Below, in pieces: positions 22,034 through 36,157 of a stretch of 64,000 nt of DNA. Location: NCBI GenBank assembly GCA_014905635.1, contig CM026547.1, forward strand, positions 682,001 through 746,000. The letters are read 5' to 3'. The notes under the pieces were generated by a model that did not search any database, was not told where the DNA came from, and worked only from the letters and a program-made list of their open reading frames with translations. The position numbers and the translations under genes were made by a program. Numbering within the stretch: the stretch's first letter is position 1; each line of letters opens with the position of its first letter. The stretch comes from Scenedesmus sp. PABB004 (Eukaryota).

Positions 22034-23872
22034 CGGGCGGGCGAGAGCGAGCGGGCGCGCACGTGCGCGGGACTACGCCCGCCAGCCGCCGCGCACCCTC
22101 CCACCCACCCACACGCCCACAGGCCCACACGTGCCCCCACCCAGCCACGCACCGCGCGCTGGAGTCCATCATCACGCTCGGCCGCACCGGCGGCGGCGGG
22201 ACGGGCAGCGCGCTGATGAGCATCCACGCGGGCCGGCTGAACGCGGGGTTGAACCCCAGGGCCTTGCAATCCTCGTCGCTGATGCCAGACAGGATGCGGT
22301 AGCACTCCGCGGCGCTCAGCTCCTGCGCGCGCGCGCGTCGCGCTCAGCCCGGGGTCGGGGCCCCTGGCACGGCCCGTCACCGGCCAGCCCCCCCCCCTCC
22401 CCGCGGCGACCCGCAGATCCGCCGCAGCGCCGCCGCCGCCGCGCTGTGCGCGCAGCCTGCCCGTCCCCTCCCCCCTCTGCCCCCTCCGCCCCTCTCCTCT
22501 CGCCCTCCGCCCCTCTCTTGTCGCCCTCCGCCCCTCTCCTCTCGCCCTCCCACCTGCTTGCGGTCGACCTCGGCCATCGCGCTCGCCGCCTCCTCGTCCT
22601 TGGGCTTGGGGAACTCCATGAGGATCTTCACGCCCTCAAGCTTGTACGCCGGCTGCGGGTTGCCTGCGCGCACACGCCCGCGCCGGCCGCGCCGGCCGCG
22701 CGGGGCGGCGGCGGGGGCACCGCGTCGGCACGAGCCGCGCGCCGCTCCCGCGACCCGGCCGCGGGGCGCCGCGCTGCGCTGTGCTGCGCATCGCCGCGCA
22801 TCGCCGCGCCGCGCACCGCCGGCGTCGTCGTAGCGCTTGGACGCGCACGCGCCGACAAAGTGGCGCAGCCGCGCCTGCGGCTTGCGCAGCAGCAGCCCCG
22901 CGCGGTACTTGGGGTCCGCCTGCGGTGGTGGTGGGGTGATCGGCGGCAGCGGGCGGCGGCGGGGGCGAGAGGTGAGCGGCCGCCGCCGCTGCCGCCGCCG
23001 CTGCCGCCGCCGCTGCTGCCGCCGCTGCCGATGCTGCCGCCGCCGCTACCAGGCAGCCGCTGCCGGCCCGTCTCGCGCTGCCGCTGCCGGCCTGTCGCGC
23101 GCCGCGCGCCGCTGCTGCCCGCCCTCCGCCGCGCCTTGTCGAGCAGCAGCTTGGAGTTGTAGTGCCCCACGCAGCGCAGCACGCGGATGATGGTCTTGAT
23201 GAACCCGCCTGCGCGGCGCGCCGGCGCGTGCGGCGGCTCGCACGCACGCCGGGGGGCTCGCACGCCGCGCCCGCGCTGCTGCCGCTGCGCCGCTGCCGCT
23301 GCTGCCGCCGCCGCCGCGCGCTGCCTGCCTCCCTCCCTCCCTCCTCCCCCTGCATGCCCGCGGCGCCGCCACGCACAGTGGTACACCGGCTGCGCGAGCT
23401 CAATGTGCCCAAAGTAGCCGGGGCAGTCGTGCATGTTTGCGCCGTCGGTCGTGCACATGCCGCCAAACTTGTCCATCGTGCCCATGCGCGGGTCGCTCAG
23501 CCCGCCCGCCTTGGCCTTGCCCTTCTCGTACAGCTCGCCCGCCTCGACCTGGCACACGCTGTACAGCCTCTGCACGCGGCGCGCGCGGCGCGGGCGCGGT
23601 GGTTGGCCGCAGCAGCGGCGGCCGCGGCTGCGGCGCGGCGCGTGCCCCGGCGGCCGCGCCGGCTGCGCAGGCGCGCCCGGTGTTGCCGCGGGGCGCGGCG
23701 GCCGCGGCGGCGGGGCGCGGGAGCGGGGGCGGCAGCGGCAGCAGCGGCAGCAGCAGCGGCGGCGGCGCCCGCGGGCGCTCACGATCTCGTCCGGGTTCCA
23801 GACGCCCAGCTGGATGGCCTTCACCCGCTTCACGGGCGCCCGGGAGGGCGTGAAGCGGTCCATGGTCGTCAT
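11626..23872 (-). CDS. RPB1: DNA-directed RNA polymerase II largest subunit, 36 exons
   Basis: Motifs [29 protein letters not shown], catalytic NADFDGD (~20228-20248), [51 protein letters not shown] and YSPTSPx CTD. Exons by hand: 23872-23783, 23569-23377, 23208-23135, 22919-22817, 22663-22554, 22322-22153, 21916-21706, 21519-21438, 21278-21182, 20963-20834, 20558-20434, 20276-20204, 20044-19949, 19562-19476, 19285-19220, 19049-18923, 18605-18472, 18295-18179, 18024-17931, 17736-17492, 17327-17209, 17027-16937, 16810-16680, 16495-16288, 16130-15997, 15794-15668, 15491-15375, 15227-15121, 14949-14745, 14362-14189, 14025-13963, 13776-13648, 13417-13266, 13097-12929, 12720-12509, 12349-11626. 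The start could alternatively be the ATG at 23863. Confidence 0.98.
11629..12246 (-). repeat. RPB1 CTD heptad array: 28 full YSPTSPx repeats plus a terminal [10 protein letters not shown]
   Basis: 21-bp periodicity; direct translation. Confidence 0.97.
12437..12494. repeat. Inverted (head-to-head) degenerate telomere-like tract in the last RPB1 intron
   Basis: GGTTAGGGGGTTTAGGGTTAGGGGGTT followed directly by AAACCCTAAAACCGTAAACCCTAAACCCCCC. Confidence 0.8.
14376..14534. repeat. (GT)n microsatellite in RPB1 intron, reading (CA)n in the pre-mRNA just upstream of the acceptor
   Basis: Long TG run with occasional GG interruptions, followed by poly-G. Confidence 0.95.
19681..19789 (-). ncRNA. 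Long intronic inverted repeat, candidate pre-miRNA/hairpin RNA in RPB1 intron 13
   Basis: Arms 19681-19734 and 19736-19789 are reverse complements with 5 mismatches in 54 nt and a perfect 26-bp core. The inverted repeat itself is certain; the RNA-gene call is inference. Confidence 0.5.
21086..21156. repeat. 10-bp tandem repeat (GCGGAGCGCG) x ~7 in RPB1 intron
   Basis: Directly visible periodicity. Confidence 0.9.
21925..22030. repeat. (GT)n microsatellite in RPB1 intron 6
   Basis: TG run adjacent to the acceptor at 21917-21919. Confidence 0.95.
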
Positions 23873-24302
23873 GGCCGGGCCCTCGCTCAGCCACGCCGCC
23901 CGCGCCTGCCCGCGCCCCGGGCGCGCTCGCGGCGCGCCCTGGGGGGAGCCTCACCCCCGGCCCTCGCCCTCAGGAGGCGGGCGGGGCCGGCGCGGCCGGG
24001 GCGGCCCGCTGGGGGAGCCCACGCTCTGATGCGCGCCCGTCGCGGCGTCCTGGGCTGCCCTGCGGCCCGGCGTGGGCTTGGGTCGAGGGAGGGTGTGGTG
24101 AGCGAGCGAGGCCGGGCACGTGGTGGGCAGGCAGCCCCGGAGGGAGGCGAACAGGCCGCTAAAGCTCGTTCGCTGCTGCCCGGTGCTGCTGCCGCCGTCC
24201 GCCGACCCTGCTCGCGCCGGAGTCGTCACCCCGGGCGCGCACGTCGAGCAATCAGCATGCCTATGGCGCCCACGGGGCACGCATGATCGGCGCAGCAGCA
24301 GG

Positions 24303-27633
<3,331 letters not shown>

Positions 27634-27730
27634 GGCGGCCGCCTGGGCCCAGTCTGGCGGGGATTGATTGCAACGGCCGAGCAACCCGCACCCTGCTGCG
27701 TGCGACAGCCGCCGCGCCCGAGCAGCGAGC

Positions 27731-28834
27731 TCACTGCCACTGCTGCTGCTGGCCGCCGAAACCCATGCCGCCCATGCCGCCCTGCTGCGGCATGGCCTGC
27801 TGCCCGCCGAAGCCGCGGCCGCCGCCGCCGCCGCGCCGCGTCCCGCGGGGCCGCGGCCCGGCGCGCCGCCACGCATGCCGCCGCCGCCCTGCGCGCCGGC
27901 CATCATGCCGCCGCCGCCGGCGCCGGCGCCGCCACCGCTGTAGCCCTGCTGCAGGCCGCCCTGCTGCTGCCACTGCTGCTGCGGGAACTGGCCGCCGCCG
28001 GCCATGCCCATGCCGCCGGCGCCCATGCCGCCGTCGTAGCCGCCCGCGCCGCCGGCGAAGCCGCCGCCGAACTCGCCGCCGCCGGGCTGCATCATCATCA
28101 TGCCGCCGCCCGGGCCGCCAAAGCCGCCAGCGGGCGCCGCCACGCCGCCGGCAGCCATCATCATGCCGCCGGCGCCATCAAAGCCTCCGCCCATCGCCTG
28201 CTGGGCGTTGAAGCCGCCACCCTGGCCCATAAAGCCCATCTGCCCGCCGCCGCCACCGCCGGCCGGCTGGCCGCGCCCGCCCGCAGTGCGGCGCTCCTGC
28301 GGGGCCTGCTGCCCCTGCTGCGTCCATGCGCCGCCGCTGCCCTGCTGCAGTCCGCCAAAGCCCTGCTGCTGCGGGCCGCCAAAGCCCTGCTGCTGCGGGC
28401 CGCCAAAGCCCTGCTGCTGGGGGCCGCCAAAGCCCTGCTGCTGCCGGCCGCCAAAGCCCTGCTGCTGCGGGCCGCCAAAGCCCTGCTGCTGCGGGCCACC
28501 AAAGCCCTGCTGCTGCGGACTGCCAAAGCCCTGCTGCGGGCCGCCATAGTTGGCGGCCTGCACCGCGTGCTGCAGCGCCTGCCGGCCTGCACTGCCGCGG
28601 CCGCCGCCGGCGCTGGCGTTGACCTGGCCGGGCGCGGCGGCAAAGCCGCCGCCGCCGGTCATGGCAGCGTCAAAGTCGTCCTCATCATCCCACGCACCGG
28701 CTGCCGAGCCACCGCCCACGCCGCCGTATGCCTGCTGCGCCTGGCCGCGCTGCGGCGGGCCCCCGCCGCTGCCAAAGGCGGCGCCGCGGCCCGCTGCGCC
28801 GCCGCCCATCTGCTGCTGCCGCGGCGGCGGCTGG

Positions 28835-28882
<48 letters not shown>

Positions 28883-29084
28883 GGCGGCGGCGGCGCTGGC
28901 TGCTGGAAGCCGCCGGCGACCGGGCCGGTGAAGGCCGCCTCAAAGACGTCGTCGCCGTCGTCCGCCCAGCCGCCGCCGTTGAGGCCCGCGCCGGCGCCGG
29001 CGCCGTCCCAGCCCGCGTCGCCGTGCTGCTGCTGCCAGCCCTGCTGCTGGCCGGCGGGCTGCTGGCCCCAGTGCTGCTGCTGGG

Positions 29085-29116
<32 letters not shown>

Positions 29117-30558
29117 CCCTGCCCCTGTCCGCCCTGCTGCTGCGGCCACTGCTGCGGCATGCCGCCGCCGCTGCGCGGCCCCGGCCGCTGCTGCGGGCCA
29201 CCAGCTGGCGGCCTGGGCGCCGGCGCCGGCGGCTGCCGCTGCGGCGCCGGCCCGTTCATGCCGCCCCCCAGGCCACCTCCCATGCCGCCCCCAAAGCCGC
29301 CCTGCGCCCCAGGCGGCGCGCCGCCACGCGGCGGCGGCCCCGGCGGCGGCGCGCCGGCGCGGCCCTGGCGCGCGCCACCCATGGCGTCCAGCTGCTGCTG
29401 CTGCCCCGGCGCGCCGCCGCCGGGCTGGGCATGCATTTGCTGCGCAATCAGCGCCATCTGCTGCGCGACCATCATCTGCTGCGCCGCCGCGAGCTGCTGC
29501 TGCTGCGCCTGCACCTGCCTCCCGCCGCCCAGCGCCGCGCCCGGGCCCGCCGCGGCGCCGCCGCCAAAGCCGCGGCCCGCCGCGCTCATGCCCGTGCCGG
29601 GGCCTTGCCCTGGCCGCGTGGCGCCGCCGGGCCGCGCAGGCATGCCGCCGCCGCCGGCCATGCCGCCGCCGCCGGCCATGCCGCCGCCGCCGGCCATGCC
29701 GCCGCCGCCGGCCATGCCGCCGCCGCCAGCCATGCCGCCGCCGCCACTGCGGGGCGCCGCGCCGCCGCCAAAGCCAGCGGCCGTCATGACGCGCCCAGGC
29801 CCCTGCTGCGGCGGCGGCGGCCCGCCCGGCGGAGCCGCGCCGGACACGCGCAGCGGCGCGAGCCCGCGCGGGGGCGGGAGCACGCCGCCCGCGGGCGCGC
29901 CGGGCGGCGGCGCCGCGCCGGGCGCCGCGGGCGGGCGCGCCGGCCCGCGGCGCTCCAGGTCGCGCGCCGGGTTGACCAGGACGACGCCCAGGCCGGGCAC
30001 GCACAGCGGGTTGGCCGCGCCGCCGCCAGGCCGCTCGTACGCCTCGCCCGCGTCCACCACAGTCACAAACACCGAGCCGCCGGCCGCCTGCAGCCGCAGC
30101 GCGTGGCCCGGAGCCGGCGCCGGCGCCGCGCCGGCGCCCGCGCCCGGCGGCGCCTTTGGCAGCGTGAGGCCCAGCAGGGCCCGGTATGCCGCGTCGGCGC
30201 TCGTGGAGTTGGTGAAGTCCACCGCCGCCTCGTGCGCTGAGCGGCTGTTGCGGCTGGGCTGCGCCATCTGCGGCGGCGGCGTGCGCGCGGCGCGCGCGCG
30301 GCGGTCAGCGGGCCGCGCGGGCGCGCGCAGCGGCGTGGGGCCTGGGGGCACGGGCCGGGCGGCGGGCGCCCCGGCGCGCACCTGGGCGCAGGTGATGGAG
30401 CCGAAGCGCCCCAGCGCGTTGCGCAGCGCGGGCTCGTTCTTGGCCGCCGCGGGCAGGCCGACGAGCTGCAGCGACACCGTGAACAGGTCCTGCAGGCAGC
30501 GGGGAAAGCTGAAGTACGCGCGCCAGTCCTTGGCCTGCGGGGCCGGCAGGGAAGGCAG

Positions 30559-30600
<42 letters not shown>

Positions 30601-32588
30601 GGGGCGGGGCGCGTCAAGAGGCGCACACGCGCGAGCGGCGGCGCCTCCTGCTCGCGGAGCGAGCGAGCGGGAGGCTGGGAGGGGGAGGGACGCCGGCCGT
30701 GGGGAGCCACCCACCGCGACCGCCTCGGCCGCCGCCGCCAGCCGCGCGTCCACGCCCGCGCCGGCCTCCGACTTGGGCTCCGACTCGGCCCCGACAGCGC
30801 CACCACCCGCGGCGGCGGCCTCGCCGTCCTGCAGGCCCTGCAGGCCGACCTCGTCGTCATCGCCGCTGCCGCCGCCGGCGGACCTCCCGCCGTCGGCCTG
30901 CTTGGCGCGCTTCGCCGCAGGCGCGCCGCCGTCGCCCTTGGACGCCAGCGAGGCGGCGCTCGCTTGCCTGCGCAGCGCGAACGGCGGCAACGCTCGTTGT
31001 GAGCTGGCCGGCGTCGTGCGCGCCCGCGCTGCTCGCCCGCGCGCTGGGTGCAGCCTCGCGCGGCAGCAGCCGCGCACCGCTTGAGCCCGGCGGCGCCGAC
31101 CGCCAGGCCGCGCTTGTTGATCGCCCGCAGCGCGGTGTGCGCCTGCTCCTGCAGCGCAAACTCGGCAAACGCATAGTGCTTGCTCTGCCCCTGCGCGCGC
31201 GCACGCGGGCCGGCGGCAGCGGCGGCGAGCGCGTTGGCCGCGCGGCGGGCGCAGCGGCAGCGGCCAGCAGTCCCGAGGGCTGGACTGCGGGGCGCGCGGA
31301 GGGCCGCTGCCGCCTCTGGCTGGGGCCCCGCGCCGCGCGCGCCGGGCGCGCCGGGCCGCGCCTGTGGGTTTGTGACGACGAAGCAGCGAATGAGCTCGCC
31401 AAACGGCGCCAGCAGCCGCACCAGCTCCTCCTCGGCGCCGCGCGGCGGGCCCAGCACGCCGCTGATGAAGAGCACAGTCTGCCGGGTGCCGGCGGCGGCG
31501 GGCGAGTCAGGTCGCGGCGGTGAGCGCGCGGGGCCGGGAGCCCCCGGCGGTAGCACCGGAGCTAGGAGAACCCAAGAGTGCCAGCCAGCTCGGTGCGCAA
31601 GCGGCGGGCGAGCAGGCCGCGAGCTCGCGCGCCTCTCTCCCTCCCTGCTCCGCACCTGCTCTGCGGGGGCCTCAAAGCTCAGCGGCTGGCCGCCGAGGTG
31701 CAGGCGCTTGGACATGAGGTCTGCCGCCGCGGCGCGCGCCGCCAGCCAGCTGTCGCGCGCGGAGCCGCCCGCCGCGGGCACGAGCGCGAGCGACGAGCCC
31801 CGCCCGCGCCGGCCGCTGCGCCGGCGCCGCAGGCCAGCCTGCGCCGCGCCGGGCAGCCCGGGCACGGCAGCGATGGCAGGGATCGCCGACGCTCCGCCGG
31901 CGCGCGGCTGCTGCTGCTGCTGCGCGTGCGCCTCCTGCTGCGGCTGCTCCTGCGGCGTCTGCGCGCCGTCCGTCTCGCTGCCGGCGCCGGCCGCGTCGGA
32001 CGCGTCGCCGGGCACCGGGCTCGCCTCGGCGCCGCCGCCGCGCGCGGCGCCCGCCGGCGCACGCCAGGGCGTCGGCGGCGGCGGCAGTCGCACAAACGCG
32101 ACCTGCAGCGCCGGCGCGTCCGGCGCGGGCGCGTTGCTGTTGTTGGGCCGGTGGGGCGCCAGGTGCAGCCGCTCCACGACGAGCCGCCCCGGGCCGGTCA
32201 GCAGGCCACGCACGTCCTCAGCCGTGGCGCCGGCGGGGATGTTTGACACCTGGGCGGCCGCGGCGGCGGACGGGTCACACGCGGCGCGAGCGGGGCTGGC
32301 GCGGGCGCGGCGGCGCGGCGGCGCGGCGTGCACGCGCGGCCGCGCGCACCCGCACGATGGGCTGGGGCAGCCAGCGGCGGGGATGTCCATCAGCTCCCAC
32401 TCGTGCTTGGGCGGCGCGGGCGGCGGCGCCGCGGCGCGCTGCGCGGCCGGCTGGCGGCCCGGCGGCGCTGCGCGGCCCTGCGCCGACTGCTGCCGCTTCG
32501 CCGGCCGCGGCGGCGCGTCGTCGTCCTCCTCCTCCGCCGCCTCCAGCAGCCGGCCGAGCTCCTGCTCCGCCTCGTCCTCCGACCCGCC

Positions 32589-32630
<42 letters not shown>

Positions 32631-33259
32631 CCCGCCCCCGCGCCCGCCGCGCGCGTCCTCGCCGCCGCCGTCATCGAACGACGACGGCTCGCCGCCGCTG
32701 CCGTCGTCGCCGCCGTAGGCGCCGCCGTCGTACGCGCCGCCCGCCGCCTCGCCGGCGGCCTCGTCGCTCACGCGGTAGCCCAGCAGCGCGCCGTCGTCGC
32801 CCGAGCCGAGGCCGTCGTCGCCCTCGCCAAAGTCCAGGAACTCCCCCTCCGCGCCGTCGTCGTCGGTCGCGGGGCCGTCGCCGCCGGGCGGCGTGGCGGG
32901 CGCGGCGCCGTCGCCGTCGCCATCGTCCTCGCCGCCGCCGCCGGCGGCGCTGCCGCCGAGCAGCAGGTCGTCGTAGAGCCCGCCGTCAGACTCGTCCGCC
33001 GGCGCGCCGCCGTCGCTGCTGCGCCGCGGCTCGGCATCCGCCTCGCGCAGGCGCGCCAGCAGGTCGGACTTGAAGCCCTGGCGCGGCGCCGCCCCCGGCT
33101 GGTGAGGGCGCCGCGCGGCGAGGCGAAACGAGCGGCGCCGCTTTGCCCGCGCTGCGCGGCTGCGGCAGCGCCGCCGCCGCCCACCTCGTCGTCCAGGCCC
33201 CGTGCCGCGAGCTCATCCTTGAGCTCCTCGACCGTCCACTCCTCATACGGCTTGGCCAT
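27731..33259 (-). CDS. SAP-domain plus multiple-RRM RNA-binding protein with long G/Q/M-rich low-complexity tail; apparent frameshift at ~27833
   Basis: MAKPYEEWTVEELKDELAARGLDDE|GFKSDLLARL matches the SAP pattern across intron 1, followed by an acidic linker. RRM-like segments: VSNIPAGATAEDVRGLL...VAFVRL; LFISGV...FGELIRCFVVTNPQ|GQSKHYAFAEF; LQLVGLP...FGSI...AAVDF. Tail contains GGPQQQGF and GGGMAG repeats. Confidence 0.75.
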
Positions 33260-33861
33260 CCCGCGCGGTCCGGCGCCGCCGCCGCTGCGTCCGCGGCGGC
33301 CGCGCCGCGTTCCCACCCGCTGCGTCCGCGTCCGCCTAGCCCTCCTATCGGGGACTGCGGATCGGGCGGCAGGGCGGCGGCCGCGGCCTGAGCGGGCGGC
33401 GGCGGGCGGCGGCGGGCGCCAGCAGCGGCGCCGCGCGCGCCGGCTGCCGCACGCGCCTGCTCGCGCGGCGGCGCATGCAGGGGGCTGCTGCGGGTCGTGG
33501 AGGTTCCGTGCAGCCGGACAGGCGACGCTGCCGCAGCCCCGCTCGCGCGCGGGGCGTGCTGGCGCGCGGGGCCGCTCGTGGGCGCCGCGGCGTTGGCTCG
33601 TGGCTCGCGTTCGTCGCTGCTGCGGTGGGCGCTGGTCACGCTGCGAGCGGCGATCGCCACCGCGCGCGAGGGAGAGCTGGGGCCCAGGTCCCAGGCTTCT
33701 GCTGCGAGCGGCTTCTGCCGCCCTCCCGCGGTGTCTGCCACCGCCGCGCTCCACGCCACACTCCCTCCCGGCCGCCCGGCCGTCGTCCCGTCACGTCTCT
33801 CGCGCACCTGCCTGCTTGCACTCGTCGCCCGGCGCGCGATCGCCGCCCCCGCACCGCCGGC

Positions 33862-35592
33862 ATGGCGGGCACGGGGGGCTTCCGGGGCGTCTCGGCCGCG
33901 CAGGATGCGCGGTTCAGCAAGTGCGTGCGGTACAGCAAGCCGCGGGGGCTGCCGGGCTCGCGCGGCGCGGCGCACGCCCGGGCGCCCGCCGCCGCCGCTG
34001 CTCACGCGCCGCGCCGCCCGCCCGCGCGCAGCAAGAGCAAGGCGGCGCTCAAGAAGATGAAGTTCCCGCCGGAGCTGGACCTGCCGGTCGACCACGACAA
34101 GGTGCGCGGCGGCGCGCGCGGCGCGGCGGCGGCCGGCGGCGGCGGCGAGCAGCGGCGAGCAGCGGCGCCGCGCCCGCGCGTGCTGCTGCGCCGCAGGTCA
34201 ACTGGACGGTGATGAAGGAGTGGGTGGCCAAGCGCGTCACGGAGCTGCTGGGCATCGAGGAGGAGGTGCTCATCTCGATGATCCACAACCACCTCACCGA
34301 CCAGCGCACGCCGGCCAAGGAGATGCACGTGGAGCTGCTGCCCTTCCTCGAAAAGAACACCACGCTCTTCATGAAGGAGCTCTGGAGCATGCTGCACAGC
34401 GCGAGCAGCAACGAGAGCGGCGTGCCGCAGCAGCTGCTCGACGCGAAGCAGAAGGAGCTGCAGGAGCGGCGCGAGCGCGAGGCGGCCATTCAGGTGCGCG
34501 CCGCGCAGGCGCGCCGCGGCAGGCGCCCCCCGCACGGCAGCCGCCCCCGCGCGCCGGCCCACGCGCCGCGGCCGCCGCCGCCGCCGCCGCGGGCCGCGCA
34601 GGAGGAGATCGCGCGCAAGCGCGCCGAGGCGGAGCGCGAGCGCGCGGCGTTGGAGGCGCGCCTCGCGGCCGCGGCCGTGGCGGGCCGGCCCAGCCGCTTC
34701 GACCAGCCGGGCGGCGCGCTGCCGCCGGGCACGGTGCTGCCGCCGCCGCCGCCGGGCGCCGCGCCGGCCGGCGGCGGCCTGCGGCGCGGGCGGTGGGACC
34801 GGGACAAGGAGCCGCCGGCCGCGCCGCCGGCCGCGCCAGGTGACAAGGCCCGGCGCAGCCGCAGCCGGAGCCGCGAGCGCGCCCGCGGCGGCCGGCGCAG
34901 CCGCAGCCGGAGCCGCGAGCGCGCCGGCGCCCGGCGCGACCGCCGCAGCAGCCGCAGCCGCAGCCGCAGCAGGAGCCGCGACCGGTACCGGCGGCGCGAG
35001 CCCGCCAGGTGCGCGCGCGGGCGGGGCGCGCCGCGGCTGCGTTTGAGGCCGCCCGGCGCCCCGCCGACGCTCGCTGCCGCGCGCCGCCGCTCGCAGGTAC
35101 GACCGCGACCGCCGTGACATCTGGAGCGACCGCGACGGCGAGCTGCGGCGCGAGCGCGAGCGCGGCGTGCGGGAGCGGAGCCGGAGCGGGGAGCGGCGGC
35201 GCATGCGCTCGCGCAGCCCGCGCCGCGCCGACCGCAGGCCCGCGGGCGGCGAGACCCAGGCCGGCGACGCGGGCGAGCGGCGCGACGCGCCGGCGGCGGC
35301 GGAGCGCGGGGCCTCGCCCGGCCAGGGCGGCAGCGAGGGCGAGGGCCGCGCCAAGCGCGCCAAGAAGGAGCGCAAGCACAAGAGTGGCAAGGAGAAGAAG
35401 CACAAGCGCAGCAAGCACCGCAGCGACAGCGAGGACGACCCCGACGCGGCGCCGGGCGGCGGCGCGGAGGGCGGCGGCGCGGGCGCGGGCGCGGGCGGCG
35501 AGGCGGCGGCTGGAGACGGCGACGCAAGCGCGGGCGCGGGCGGCGAGGCGGCGGCTGGGGATGGCGCAGCGCCCGCGCCGGAGAGCCAGTGA
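33862..35592 (+). CDS. SRRM1: PWI-domain serine/arginine repetitive matrix protein (SRm160/SRRM1-like splicing coactivator)
   Basis: MAGTGGFRGVSAAQDARFSK..LKKMKFPPELD..VD..KVNWTVMKEWVAKRVTELLGIEEEVL...LLPFLEKNTTLFMKELW..GVPQQLLDAK (PWI domain), then RS dipeptide tracts and a K-rich tail; GT-AG introns. Confidence 0.9.
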
Positions 35593-36157
35593 GGCGGCAC
35601 GGCCTGTCGGCGCGGCGCGGTGGGTAACGATCGGCGCCGCTGTCCGTGTTACCGGCGCGGCTCGGCGTGCGTTGTCAGTCCGGTCCTGCAAGTGCTGTGG
35701 CAGCCCCGTCAGCCTTGGGTTCGAGCAGCAGGTCTCAACTGATTGATTGATTGGTCCAGCCGGTCACCAGTGATGGCCTGAGAGTGCAGAAGGGAGGCGC
35801 GCGCGACGGCCGCCGCGGCGCGAGCACGGGCGACACCGGGCTGCGCGCGGGGCTGGTGAGGGGGGCGGGGCGGCCTTGATGCAACACAAGCGCCAATGAT
35901 CCGAGACAAAAGCGCCTCACCCTGTGGAACAGACATCCATGCGCTGGTCAGCTAGGTGGAGTTGTCGTGCCGCCCACGGTGCGCACGTGCTGTGCGCACG
36001 GCTCAGAGAATCCAGGGACACAACAGGTGGCAAGCAAGCAAAGTCTGCGCAGCAGTCAGCTGTACCGCATCCGGCGCGCGCCCCTGTGCGCACGCACAGC
36101 ACGCACAGCAGCACGCGCGCAGCCACAGCAGCTGCCGGGCGCTCACGGCGCGCCGCG

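Noticed and set aside
13264..23134. Introner-type transposons as the source of the GC-AG introns
   Set aside because: By eye the introns share no extended sequence similarity, terminal inverted repeats or consistent target duplication beyond the AG; not supported, though an all-vs-all alignment was not possible.
27664..31084. Plus-strand Cys/Pro-rich and Leu/Ala-rich ORFs (844 and 858 aa)
   Set aside because: Antisense of CAG/GGC-rich coding sequence; poly-Cys is simply reverse-strand polyQ.
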